Part shown: one piece after another, positions 44,436 through 57,261 of the stretch
How the letters are laid out: each line of letters begins with the position of its first letter
How positions within the stretch are numbered: the first letter of the stretch is position 1
From: Guillardia theta CCMP2712
Lineage: Eukaryota; Protista; Cryptophyta
Assembly: GCF_000315625.1 (NCBI RefSeq)
Contig: NW_005434584.1
Coordinates: forward strand, 1 to 64,000
Length of the DNA stretch: 64,000 nt
Direction of reading: 5' to 3'
Made by a program: the position numbers and the translations under genes
The notes under the pieces: model-generated
Told to the model about the DNA's origin: nothing
Database searches by the model: none
The model's input: only the letters and a program-made list of their open reading frames with translations

Positions 44436-47400
44436 ACCGGCCACAACGTCCCATTTTACTTGTCCGTCCCACGCTCGCACGTTCCATCTTTCCTGCTGTA
44501 TCCTCTGTTTCCTCTGCCTCTCCTCTCACCTTCATCGCCATCGCCACCAAACAGCTATGTCGCCAACAGTCGATGTGTCACCATGGCTGTCTACAACCCA
44601 CCCTCCTCTCTTGGAGAGTTTTGAAACGTCACTTCTAATTCTTGAAGTACCGGTTTGTCAACGTTCTCCTGAGTCTCCCGCTGAGAGATATCAGTGATCT
44701 CACAATGCAAATGTCTTGTGAGTGTACCAGATATGTCTAGCGGATGTTCCAGGCAGCGAGCGGCTGGGGATCTGAAATCGAATATAGATAACCTTTTACA
44801 TGTCGGGAGACGAAAGAGCTGATGATTGTTAAAATATTCAGTCAATGAACATCCATCATGGTTGGCTTCACGACAGGGGTATGGGCGGACAGAATAGTCC
44901 GTGTCTGGTATATTGGAAGTAGAACGAAACTTTTGATAATTGCGTTGTCCAATCTTCTCGTTTCTGTGGGAATAGTGAAACGGTTTGATGGATTTCATCA
45001 ATTTCTGGGCAGTCAAACGGAATTGTCTGAGCTTCAACTCTAGATTGAATTGGAGATTTCAATTGACCTACTTTGGCAATTGAGATGATTTGGCAAAAGC
45101 ATGTCTCGTGCCAGCTCTCGTTTTTCATATAAGATCTCTCATTCCGCCAAATGAGAGATGAACCTTGAGGCTGTCTATCGCACCAAGGTTCCTCCTTCAG
45201 GGCAAGATAGTCGTTTGAAGATGGTCGTTTGACGCACTGTCACTGGCTTAGTGACCTTCTGCCTTCAGCTGACTTCCAACTAACATTCAACCATCAATAT
45301 GACACAGATTCCTTTCTCTCTTTCAGATAGTTTACAACTTACTAACTCAGCTGGTCCTTGATATTGTGAACTCTAAAAATTCCGAAGCAATTCGCAACGC
45401 CATCCAAATGCATGCATCTGGAAGAAGCTTGCGACGCTTTGTAAAACGTGGCTTGTTCACCTCCATTACACCGATCAAACATGTTGAAGTGACAGTGCAA
45501 GTGGTATTCTGCATTCTTGATGCCTATTTTCACAGTGATTGATATACCGATGTTTGCTTGTGTTTAGCCTACTGCTTTCGTTTTGCTTCTTATGCACAGC
45601 AGGTCGTATTTATCTTTGATTTTTACTCACGAAGAAAAAACAGGAAAAGAGATGAACAGGCGTAACGGTCCGGTCAGATCATGAAAGAACTATCTATTCA
45701 ACCTACATTCCATACGCCATCGGCTGCTGACCGTAGAGAGGCGTCTGGACGGGCATTGGAGCAGCAGAGGCGTAGTCGACAGGGAGAACGGGATAGGTCT
45801 GTGGGAGATATACAGGAACCATCTCCTCAAGGGGAGGCTTAGCTACAGCAGCCGGGGCCAGAAACTTGTATGCCAAGAATGCAAGGAAGGCAGCTCCGAC
45901 CACTCCTCCGACCACTCCTCCGATGATGGCACCGACATTCGTAGAGCTTGATGATGGTGTGGTGGTAGTTGTTGTGGCAGGTCCTCCTGGCGTAGAGGTT
46001 GGCAATACCAAAGAAACTTTTCTTGACTGCGTCTTCTGCAAGACGAACCTGCTGCTCGAGGATGTCAGACCAGTGAGCTGTCCTCCAAGCGCCCGAGTAG
46101 CTACAGTCTCATTGAGGTACATCTCGCTCACGGCAGAGCCGAGAGTGGAGGTGAAGGTCAAAGAGCAGGTGTTCTCAGTCGCGATAGTATAGTTGCACCT
46201 TGTTGAACTGCCGCATGCATAGATTTTAGCAGAAGACAGATATCCGCTTCCTCCTGAGACCACGGTGATGGTGGTTCCGTCAAAGTCCAGGACGGCAGGC
46301 TCCCCTCCCTCGAGGCTTGGCTCGGCATACAAACGTCCAACACAATCCGAGTATACCTCTGCATCTTGATTGTGAGTTGTCGCGTAGGTGTATCGCTGAC
46401 CACGCACCACCGTGAGAATGACCCCAGAGACTGCTGTGACCTTCATGACCTCGTTGTCAATTCTGATGAAGCTGTTTACCGTGATGTAAGCGACAGCTGC
46501 TGAGAGTTCCAAGGACGTTGCTGTCGCTGAAGTCAAGGCAACTTTGAGCGTAGCTGGAGACTGCACCCCAGATGCCGCCACTGACTTGATGGGGTAGCCC
46601 AAGATTGGAGAGTAGACCTTGGAAGGAGCCCCCCACACGCTGCCCAGGCTAGAAGACTGTTGAGTCACCTTGTACGATGCCTTGGTTGTCAAAGACGACG
46701 AAGCAGTCGAGGATAACACGGGGTTTGTGGAGATAGCTGAGGTCAGAGCCTGCAGGGTCACGGCAATGCTCTCACTACCAACCACGTGATCGCCCAGCAT
46801 CTGTCCAAAAGAGTCGAGGACGTAGACCGGGCTTGTTCCGTTGATGCGGTTGGAGCTGCTCTCAAGAACAGGCGAGTTTGGACGCATCAAGTCGTATCCG
46901 TCCATCCTGTCCTGGTAGTAGAGCGGGTCGGTGCTGTACTTGGCCGGGTTGTAGATCACAGGATATGACAGGGAAGGAACGATCAGGTCCGGGTTCACCC
47001 CGGTATAAGCAGTCAAGGCAGGCGCGAGGTAGTTGAGGGAGATCACAGGAGCCTTCTGAAGTTTTGTGGGGCTGCTGATCACGGCGATGCTATCGAGGTA
47101 GATCATCGGGGTAGCGTCAGCTGTGTCGGGGTTGGTGATGATCGGACGTGCGTAAAAGCCAGAGTTGCTGCCAGAAACGGACTGAAGCACGCCTGTCGCT
47201 CCGATGATGGTCTCGATGAAGAACTGTGCCCCAATCGATAGCACAATCTCGGCACTCGCGTTTGTGCGATTACTGTGGTGCCCTGCTTTCCTCTGGATGC
47301 GGTGATGGTTTTAGCTGCTTTATCGACAGTCAGCACTAACATATTCTCGTTATCAACAAGAATTTTTGTTCCTTGGGCCGGCAGCGTTCCTGATACAGTA

Positions 47401-48729
47401 AGTGACGTAGCAGCCGCACTGATGCCTGCCGACAAAGACTGTAGGAGCCTGCGCCGAGAGGTCTGAGTCCAAGTGGAAGCAAGGACGGTTGTTGATTGCT
47501 CAATAAAGTTCACCGATGCGCCCACCGCATGATTAGCAGCAAACGTTCCCTGGACTCCTCGAATGACACCCACAAGGTTATTTGAAAGAGACTTGATCTG
47601 CACTCTTTCCTGTCCAATCGCGACAACGTCATTTACGAACAACCCAGTTGCATCGTTGACAATCATCGATGTAGCATTGAACATAATTGCAGCTAACAGG
47701 ATAGCATTCTTCAACCCTGTTCTAGACGCAACTGTTACAACATCGCTTGAAGAAGGGATACTGGGAACACTTCCGAACTGTCCTGGCTTAATGGTCAGCA
47801 GCTTTGAAGAAGATGCAATCACATATAGTCAATCTCGTTGTTAACTACCACAAAGTCTCCTGGCACAATCTGAAGCTGATCGTTCACATAGATCGAATCA
47901 TATACAGACAAGACTTTTCCTGCATTGTGTGGTACTGGGCTTGATGCCCTCGTCACATTGAGTGAGTTAGAAGAAGTAATTACACTGTTGACCAGCATGA
48001 GCTCGGATTCCACCCTAACGTACTGTCCAGAGGAGAAGCCTGTGATTGATTGAACAGGAATTGTTGTGGTTACATGATCGATGCTTGACCTGATGTAAGT
48101 GGGGTTGCTGACAATGTAGATCACTTGATCTGCAGCATGCGAGGAGCGATTGGTGATGTTCGCGGACTCAACAGCCACAACACTGGACGTGGGAGCATTC
48201 CTCACATAGAGGACTTCGTCGTCTATCTGAATGTAAGCTCCTGCTGTCAGAACTGAGTATCCTGTAGTCTCAATTGAGGTTGCATTGTCTGTGATGTCTG
48301 CCGACAATGTCAGGATTGAAGAGTTTACTGTTGTTGGGCCATAAGCCTTCTGAATGTAAACTGGGCTATGAGTTTGAGTTGTAGAACCTTGTTGACCTCG
48401 TGTCACTTGAATTGAACTTTTTGTGACGTTGGATACACCCAAAATTTCGTTGTTCACGAGTAGATAGTCATCGATTTGCAGCCCCAATGCTGTTGTATCT
48501 GTGGGGATTGATGTATTTTCACTGTTGAGTGAGGCAGACAACTGAAATGCATCGGTCGCAACTGATGCTACGGTGTGGACAGGCCAATCGGATGCAGATG
48601 TTCCGAACAACCCTCTCTTGATACCGATCGTGTTGCCGGAGATGGACGTGACACCCACCAATTCCTTCACCAATTCCTTCACCAATTCCTTCACCAATTC
48701 ATTTCCACTGCCTGGTCCTGTGCAGCCTC

Positions 48730-49030
48730 CCTGGCAACACACGCCGAGAGCATTGTCTCCATCGCATTCGTGGTCGCCCCAGCCGGCAAAAGGGCAAGTC
48801 TGCAGCGTTTGCTCGGCTCCAGTGCAATCTACATAATCCATCCAGATTGGTCCGCTTCCTCCTCCAAGCTTTTTCCACTGGACTCCCTCCGTGGGACAGC
48901 CGACTTGCCTGCACACTACTTGTGCGCCTGCATCTGAGAAGGCATCTGAATACCCGCACACCGTGCCCCACGTTCCTTCGTGATCGACTTCTACACGGCA
49001 GCACCCGTCGACGTTACAGTCAACAAGCCG
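48730..49030 (-). other. SRCR (scavenger receptor cysteine-rich) domain within the giant protein
   Basis: LRLVD..RVEVDHEGTWGTVC..AQVVCRQVGC..GGGSGPIWMDYVDCTGAEQTLQTCPFAGWGDHEC..GVCC. Confidence 0.92.
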
Positions 49031-52001
49031 AAGTCCATCAAATTGGTCAGGTACATTTGGTGATGTGTCAACATTTGGTGATGTGTCAGAATGCAACTCC
49101 ATGTACTCGCCAACGGTAAACGATTTGGATCCCAAGGCAGTAATCAACATGATCTCGTTGTCAATCTGGATGTATGTATTCGCTTTAAAGCCCCTGGTCG
49201 TAAAAACTGATAGCGTAGTTGCCGTTGCAGTGATGGATGCTTGTGTTCTAGCAACTGCAGCCAACGGGTTGTACAGCCCCACAAGTGAAGCAGCGGAATG
49301 TGAAGGCGTCTTTGTACCATCTGCCTGCGTGTATCCTCTGTGCACACTCAGCGTATTGGTCGCTGTATCAACGCCTGCCACAAGCATGAACTCATCATTG
49401 ATCGCAATCGAGCTCTCCACTGCAAACCCAACTGCTGATGCTACATAAACCGTCTCAAGCACGCCTGCAACAGATGCAGGTAAAGCTTTCTCAAGTGCGG
49501 TTCCTGGAAAGAACAACACGACGCTAGCTCCTGGCGAATGTGCTTCTCTTGCAGAACCGCCTAGAGCTCTCTCGGTCACAGTGATAGTGTTTCCAGTTAC
49601 CGTTCCAACCTTGAAGATCTCACTGTCAATCAAAATCAAGTCGTTGGCCTTGAAGGGAGACGCATCCTCCACTGGCAATTCAATGTTGGTGGTCGCCCTG
49701 AGGTCATTAGATTTCGCTGATATCAAACCGGCTTGTTTCAAGCTTCGAGCAGCGATGTTGACGTTTAAGAATGTGTGCGGGGTAGGAACAGTAGGGTTTG
49801 AAAAGAAGTGCCTTGACTCATACAGGAGATCGACACCCGTGACCTCTCCTGCATGATTTCTCCAGACAGATTGATCCACAGACATGTCACCTGGCCAGAA
49901 TGAAGGGAAAGGTCCTTGACCGTCAATCGACTTGGTGTCTTCGAAGAAGATAACCACTGTGGTGGATCCACACGACGCCCATGAGAGAACAAGAGGCTGA
50001 GATCCAAACGAGTACCCGTAGGCCCCATCGACCACATAAGGAGCATTGGACTTGCGATCCCAAGTGATCACCGCAGCACCCTGACTCTGAGCAGTTGTCA
50101 AGGTCTTGGTTGTAGGATTGAGGTAGTAAGTCTGCGCTGGGCAGATGTAGGATGGATATTCAGCAATCCGCACAGTGGAGACAGACATTCCGCCTTGAAG
50201 CGCTGCTGCAACAGTCAGGCCTGTGGTCGAGCAGGGATTGCTTCCGACGCTCACAAACGAGACTCTTGGGGCTGTGATGTACCCGGAGCCTGGGTTGACG
50301 GTTCGGATGGCAAGCTTGTACTGTGCGGCCTGTGCCGGAAGATCAGCGGCTGTGGCTGGACTCTCAGAGAGGTAGCTGTCAACTCTCGCACTCTCTACGA
50401 CGAGCTCGACGTGTGCGGCGACACCTGACCTGGACGTCGGAGGCTCCACGACAACTTTAGGAGGTGTGCACGTAGCTGAAAGAAGATTTTGAGCAGAGAT
50501 GTAGAAGTTCAATGATCCTGCAGATGCCATGAAGCCTCTGTTTCGCTTCGCCGCGTATGCAGTGGACGATGAGTACTGGATTGCTGACTGTCCAGATGCA
50601 ACTCGCATCTGGAGCGTCTTGCGTGTACGGTAGTCATTAGAAGCTGGGTTGCTCGCCTGGCAGACCTGGAGGTTATTTCTGTTGACAGGAGAGAAGAAGG
50701 CGTTGGCGTAGGAAGGCTGAGTGCACTGACCATTGAAGCATCCGCTCTCAAGAGTAGCTGTGGCCACGGCCTGTGAGGTGATGGTGCAGGACTTGCAGTC
50801 AAATGTAACAGTGGGAGCAGTGTCGTACCCGTATCCCCCCTGAGTCATGTACACGCCGTCGATGACCAACCCAACGCCCGATGCGAGATTAGTCAGCCGA
50901 GTCATATCAATCGCAAAGTACTGCGGGATGCAGTTTCCGGTAGCACCAGTGTACCCATCCTTGAGGAAGTACCTTCCGTCACTGAAGAGGATGTCGTACA
51001 CATAAGGGATTGAAGCATACCCTGATCCCTGCTGGTTGATCTGTGAAGTCTTGGATGCAACACTTGTGATCTTGATCTGTAGCTGCGTTCCTCCTAATCT
51101 TTCAGGATAGGAGAACAACAAAACGACGTTGTCGCATCCTGTTGCTGTGGACAAAGTGCCCCCCTTGTACAACAGGACGTTGGTATTCAAGGTAATTACA
51201 GCCCCAGTCGCAGTTGTCCTTGGAGGAAACGACCATGTCGGTACACCCTTGGCGGTCGCGTACATGTTGGAGGTACCAAGTGGAGATGCAGTGAAGGTCA
51301 CATTGGTTCCTTTGAAGGTGTATCCTGCTCCTGCGCTGGTGATGGTTACTCCAGTCACCCGAGAGTTCATGTAGGTAGACTGTTCCCATGTGTATGCTTC
51401 AGTCTGCCCATTCGAGCAGGCTTCGTTGAAACCTACCAAGACCGGAGAGTCCATGGCTGACGTGACCGGGTTGACAGTCTTGTACGAGTTTGAAGAAGAT
51501 TGGGTCACCTGATAGGGGCTCACCCCTCTGAAGCTGGAATATGAAGTAGATCCCCCAACTAGAACATCGACATTCGAGTAGCTCAAGAAAGCTTCTGCTG
51601 ATGCGCTTCCACAACCTGTGATGGTGACTGAAGGGGCTGAAGTGTATCCATACCCCGAGTATGTCACGTTGATTGACTGCAACACGTTGTTTATTGTTTT
51701 TGGTTCCGCCTGAGCTTGCGCTGTGCTCGACATTCCTGCCGGAGTGTCCACGGTAACTGTCGGATTGTTGCACGTGCTCCCAGCATTTGTCACGGCAATC
51801 GACACAACGTAACCGGACTTGATCTCTGCTGAGCCACTAGCCGCTGTTTCAAGGGAAAACATGGAAACAGAAGAGAACTCAGAAGAGTAAAGTCCCGTCA
51901 GAGTGTCGGTCTGGTCCCTGTTCCATTCGTACAAGAAGGAGTTTCCTGTCTCATACCGCATCGCAATGGTAGACGAGAAGTTCTGTGAAATGTATGCATT
52001 T

Positions 52002-52240
52002 GCCTGTGCGTTGCATGTGGCAGGAAATGTGACCAAAGGAGCTGAGATATACCCACTTCCCGCGTTCTGTAGGACTACTTGAGACACGCTGTTTCCATTC
52101 AGCAAGACGATGGCTGAAGCCTGTGCGTTGCATGTGGCAGGAAATGTGACCAAAGGAGCTGAGATATACCCACTTCCCGCGTTCTGTAAGACTACTTGAG
52201 ACATGCTGTTTCCATTCAGCAAGACGATGGCTGAAGCCTG
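52002..52240 (-). repeat. Recent in-frame 117-bp tandem duplication (39 aa)
   Basis: QASAIVLLNGNS[M/V]SQVVLQNAGSGYISAPLVTFPATCNA twice, nearly identical at DNA level. Confidence 0.93.
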
Positions 52241-55200
52241 CTGCCCCACGTAAGTCAATCCCGTCAAGCCATCAATATACGATCCCGAAGGATTGGGAGT
52301 TTCAATAGTTACAGTAGTTCCTGAGGGGCAGTTGTTTCCTTGTACTGCAACCTCAACTCGTCGTACACCTGAATTTCCCGACAACAAGAAGACTCCGTTG
52401 AAGTAGCTCGTCGTCCCCGTGCTGGTCACACACTGACCGATGAACCTCGGCGGGGTTGTGTATCCGCTTCCCGCGTAAGTGATCTCAAACTTGGAGGTGG
52501 TACCGGAGATGAAGCGAACCTCCGGCTTGTTTCCTCCCATGCTCTGAGGACCCTCCACGTACTTGATGCTGAAGTCACCGGTCAAGGTACCCAAGGTTAT
52601 GACCATCCCCGACACTCCGTATCCCTTCACGTACGAGCTCTTGACTGGCAGCGAGGTAGCGAAGTAGTACCTCGTCGTGTTGGAAGCGTCGTCGGTAGAT
52701 GGAGTGATGTAAGCATTGACGTCCTTGGGATACGACTTGAACCTGTACCCAGGTATGGTGATCGACACAGACTCGCCAGGCTCCACCCTCGCGCTCTTGG
52801 CAACAATCAGCTCCAACTGGGTGTAGATGGTGTAGGGCTTGTTGGCTATGTCAACGTTTCTTGGCTTGTTGCCGCTCGAGTCCACCACCCAGTACACGCC
52901 TCCTGCTCCCTGCTTGATCAAGTACTCGTTGGACCCGATCATGGCGGTCATTCCTGTGTATCGGCCAACGTTCTCCTTCACGTGGATGCTACAGTCGCTC
53001 AAGAAAGACGATGGGAACTCCTGCCCTACAAGGAAGCAAGGGGTCGGCGAGTAGTACGGGTTGTAATCGAGGATGGTCTGGGTGATAATATTCTGGTTGG
53101 CCGTAGACATGATCACTTCGAACACTGTTGCTGTCGTCACAGTGACACCAGTAGGGGCGGATGACAAGATAACGGATGGGATAGAGACGTATCCACTCCC
53201 CTGGTTGGTGACACTGACTGTTGCAACGATCATTTCGAGCTTGATAGTTGGAGCGTTGGCTCCTGTACATGTCGCAGTTGGAAAGGTCGTGTACAACCCG
53301 GGATTGGTGATGTCAATCCTGTAGCGAACGTCTGTGGTAGATGCAACAATAGACATAACAACTTCAGCCTTCGCTGCAATTAACTGAGTTCCAGCGGTGG
53401 CAGAGAATGTAATGCTCTGGCAGTTTGCCAAGTCCCCTGTATGGAGAGAGAGCCTTGCCACCTGATAAGAGATCGAAGCTGAGGCAGAGCTTCCAGATCC
53501 GGCATCTGATTGAGAGATCGTCACTGTCTGAGCAGATGCCTGTGCAGTCACTTCATAGAGTCCTGCAAACTTGACCTTGATTGCGGTCACAGAGGACCCA
53601 GGTGTTGTCGATGCTGAGAAGACGTTGTTTCTGCAAGAGATCTGCATGCCGACGTAATCGGATTGTGATGCTGACATAGAAGCGGTGTAACAAGCCTCGT
53701 GGGTGTATCCAAGAGGACTTGGTCCTGCAAACTGAACCTTCGAAAGAGTGTAGGATGCCTGATCCCCAACATCATAGTCCGACGCTCCCCAAGGGCACTG
53801 CTTGTGGCTCCAGCAGAGGTCCTTGTTCTTCTTGTAGCCGTCATCAGACGGTGACAACACAAACACTCCGTCCACGTCTGCATCCCCAGAGCGATGCGTG
53901 TTGCCGTCAGCAACATACCCCTTGGACAGATACGCCCTCGCCTTATCTTCGGAGCTGCCAAACAACTCCCATTCTAACTGTGAGGTGAAGGTGGTGAACG
54001 CCGGGTTCGAGGACTGAACTCCAAACAGAGGTCCAGACTCTTCGACTTCGTATGCTGGAAGGTTCACAAGCAGGGAGTCTCCTGCAAACAAGCGGACCTG
54101 CGGAACAATGTTCAAGACGACATCCGAAGAGGATGCTATCATCTGCAATCCGTTTGTCTGTGTTCCAGATACTATAGCCTGTGATGGAAAGTTGAATGTT
54201 GCTTGGATCGACAACGCGAGTGCGGACTGCTCTGCGCTTGGATTCTGAATCTGAAACTGAACGGTGTAGATGCTCCTGTCGTACAGATAAGCCTGCGCCT
54301 TAGCTGCAGTCACAGTTGCGGTCTCGGTTGCTGCAGGTATGACGATGACCACAGGAGTGATAGAGTATCCATGTCCAGGGTCGGTGATGGTGATCGCAGT
54401 GACCGCTCCACCCGAGATCGTTGCAGTGGCTGTCGCTCCCTGTCCCACTCCATACATCACATTGTTTGCAGTGCAAGTGGAGCTCAAGTAGAACTCAGAC
54501 CCACAAATCACAACCGTAGGGGTCTCAGTGTAGCCTGACCCGCCTGATAACACCACTATCTCGTAGATGCCGTTCGATCTCATCGCGTTTACATTGAAGT
54601 AAGGGTTGTAGACAGGCAGATTGGGTGATTGCTGGTAAGTCATCTTGAACTCGTTCTGCTTGAAGGTGCATGTTGATTCAAAGTCGCTTGCATGAATGTT
54701 TCCACTCACATCATTTGCAGCTACGTTGACATACTCGCCATTCCTGCTGATCCAGCAGGTAAACGTATCAGGCGAGGCGATGAACCCAGTGAGTGAAGCG
54801 ACTGTTACGGCCTGACTTGTTGTCAATGCATAGTTGGGTTGCAATTCCACAGTCATCCATACAGTGTTTGAGGTGACATTGGAGCTAGATCGAATGGTCG
54901 CATGCGGAAACGAAGGATTCACGATGTAGCCAGCGCAGCTTGACGGCTCTGACTCATACCCATAGACCCTCTTCACATCATCTTGCTTCATGGTGTACGT
55001 CTGTACACCAGGCGCTGCACTCGGAGCGTCGCTGGAGCTAACAATCAACGACACTGACGGACAGGAGCCCCCGTTCTTGTAGGCAGAGTTCTGATTGATC
55101 ATACGGAAGCAGAACTTGTACTTCGTTCCGAGAATCAATGTCTTGGTCACAAATTGAAACTGAATCTGTCCGTTGCCATTGTCGTAGTCTGCTTTGTCTG

Positions 55201-57261
55201 CGATGTTGTTACCAGAAATTGTGGTGAAGTAGCCCCTCAGTGAAGTGCTTGATAGAGGATGGATTCCGTACTCATCGTAGAAGTCAACTGTGGACGTGGA
55301 GGTAAACATCGGCAGTCCAGTCAAAGTAAACTTAGTCTGTTTGACAATGTTCTTGTTTGGTCTGAGGGTGACACATACAGGATTGACTGCACCTGGCGCT
55401 GGATACAACTGGCCGATCTCGTACTTGTTGAGCAGGTTGCTCGTCAAAAACAATGGATGTTTGTAACTTGACAGCGGAAGAGTTGCCGTCTGCGATTTGG
55501 TCTGTTCATCGTCCGCAAACGACGCGGAGATAGATACAGCGGGGTTGGACTGCTGGGTTTGACTATTCACAAAGGCATATTGAAGCACATAGGTCCAGCC
55601 AGCCATCATACAGTTGGTCGTCGCTCCCTTGATGGGCATCTGACAAGTGGAAGATGAAGGAAGGTGAATGATCATCTGACCGTTGGACTGAGACCACTCA
55701 GTCTTCTGGATGATCGGAGAGTAGTAGTCTGTTGACGCCGGTGATAGTGCAGTCAGAGATGTCTGCGTGGTGTCTGTTCCCGTCAAGCCCGCAATGGTGA
55801 TGGTTGCACCGTACCCATTCAAACCAAGATCAACATTCGAGCGGAGAGAAATGGTCAGTACGTTGTTCTCTTGGATCAGAGGCGTCTGCTGGGTGATCAA
55901 CCGGGTCAAGAAGCCCTTGTCGTAGACCTTCAAGGGACAGGCATCTCCGTCCATCTCTCCATCTTGCAGGGCACGATTCACAGGAGACACAACCATCTGT
56001 ACTGTCTGTGTGGCTGCATAAGACACCTGGCTGTTTTGACTCTGATACAAGGCATTGAAGGTCAGAGTGACTGTTTGACATGGCTGGGCAACCTTGGAGT
56101 TCTTCAGCGGGATCGCAAACTTGATCTCGTGATTTGCAGGAAGATTCTGAGCCGGATTCAAGACAAGTTTGGCTACTCCAGCAGCAAATTTTGCAACTTT
56201 GTTCGGTGATCCGGCTGTGACTGCACTGGTAAAATACGCAGTGGAGGCTTGTGATGGAGTTACAAGCGAGTGAGCGTTCCAATCAAAGGATGGACAGTGG
56301 TCAATGTCAGGGTTGGAGTTTTCCTGAGCTTGGCTTCCTGATAAGCCTGACAAAGTGATGGATGCCTCATTGTACTGGTCTGCATTCAGATACGTCTGAA
56401 GGTTGAAGTTGGTCTTCAGAGTTACACAGATGTAGTTGGTGACGTCAGGTCGAGTTGTAACTATTTGATGAAAGATGGCTTCTCCACCAGCCCCACTGAT
56501 CCTCCGAGGTTCGTGACAGCCTCATTCTGAACCAGGTTCGGGCCAGTCGTCAACGACACTGTCATGGTACAGGCGGAGTTCTCCTTGTCTGATACCCTCC
56601 AGCTCCATGCGAAGGCATAGGTACCTTCTGCTGCCAGAGCCTTTGTCAAGGTCAACTTCAATGTTCCAGACGACTGGCTCCAGTCCATTGTTGAACCAGT
56701 GTATCCGAGACTTGGATCTCCAATGTCAGTCTCGGTAGGAAACGAAGAGGTTGAGCACTTGCTAGTCAAAGGATTGCCCCCAGCAAACCTGTTACCCACC
56801 ATGTTTACCTTAGTTCCAAACTCCTGGGTCCCACACAGACCAGTGAAGGTGAGGATGGAAGATGTCTGGATGTCGAAGTTCGGGACCAAAGTCACAAACA
56901 TGTTTGATAAAGAGCCAGTATCTGAGGAGCTCTGGAACATAGTTGCCCGAATCTTGTTTCCGACTGCTTGGAGAATCTCAGTTGATGGGTTGAACGTAAC
57001 AGGACCAAGTGTAATGGACTGTCCAGTTGCTCCTGTACAGAAATCGGAGATCTGACAATACTTGCCCGACATCGAGATCGAAATGGACTTCGATGCCGCT
57101 GAAACAGTGCCTGGCGTCTTCAGCTGAAACGAGAAGATGACAACCTCGCCTGCTTGAATGTACATGCCAGGAAGAAGTTGGAAAGTCAAGGTTCCCGCTG
57201 CTTGAACAAAGTCTCCTTTGCCAAGTTGATTACCGTAGCTGATGGATTGGAATCTCGTTAC

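Larger units (their letters stand above)
45703..57240 (-). pseudogene. Giant (>3700 aa) type I membrane repeat protein; three frame breaks (about 47270, 47830, 56460); 5' end cut by copia sequence
   Basis: ORFs 56461-57189, 47819-56353, 47103-47822 and 45703-47244 continue the same repeat motifs across the breaks. RRRLLQ motif, Thr/Ser stalk, TM VGAIIGGVVGGVVGAAFLAFLAY and a Pro/Tyr-rich tail. Confidence 0.8.
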
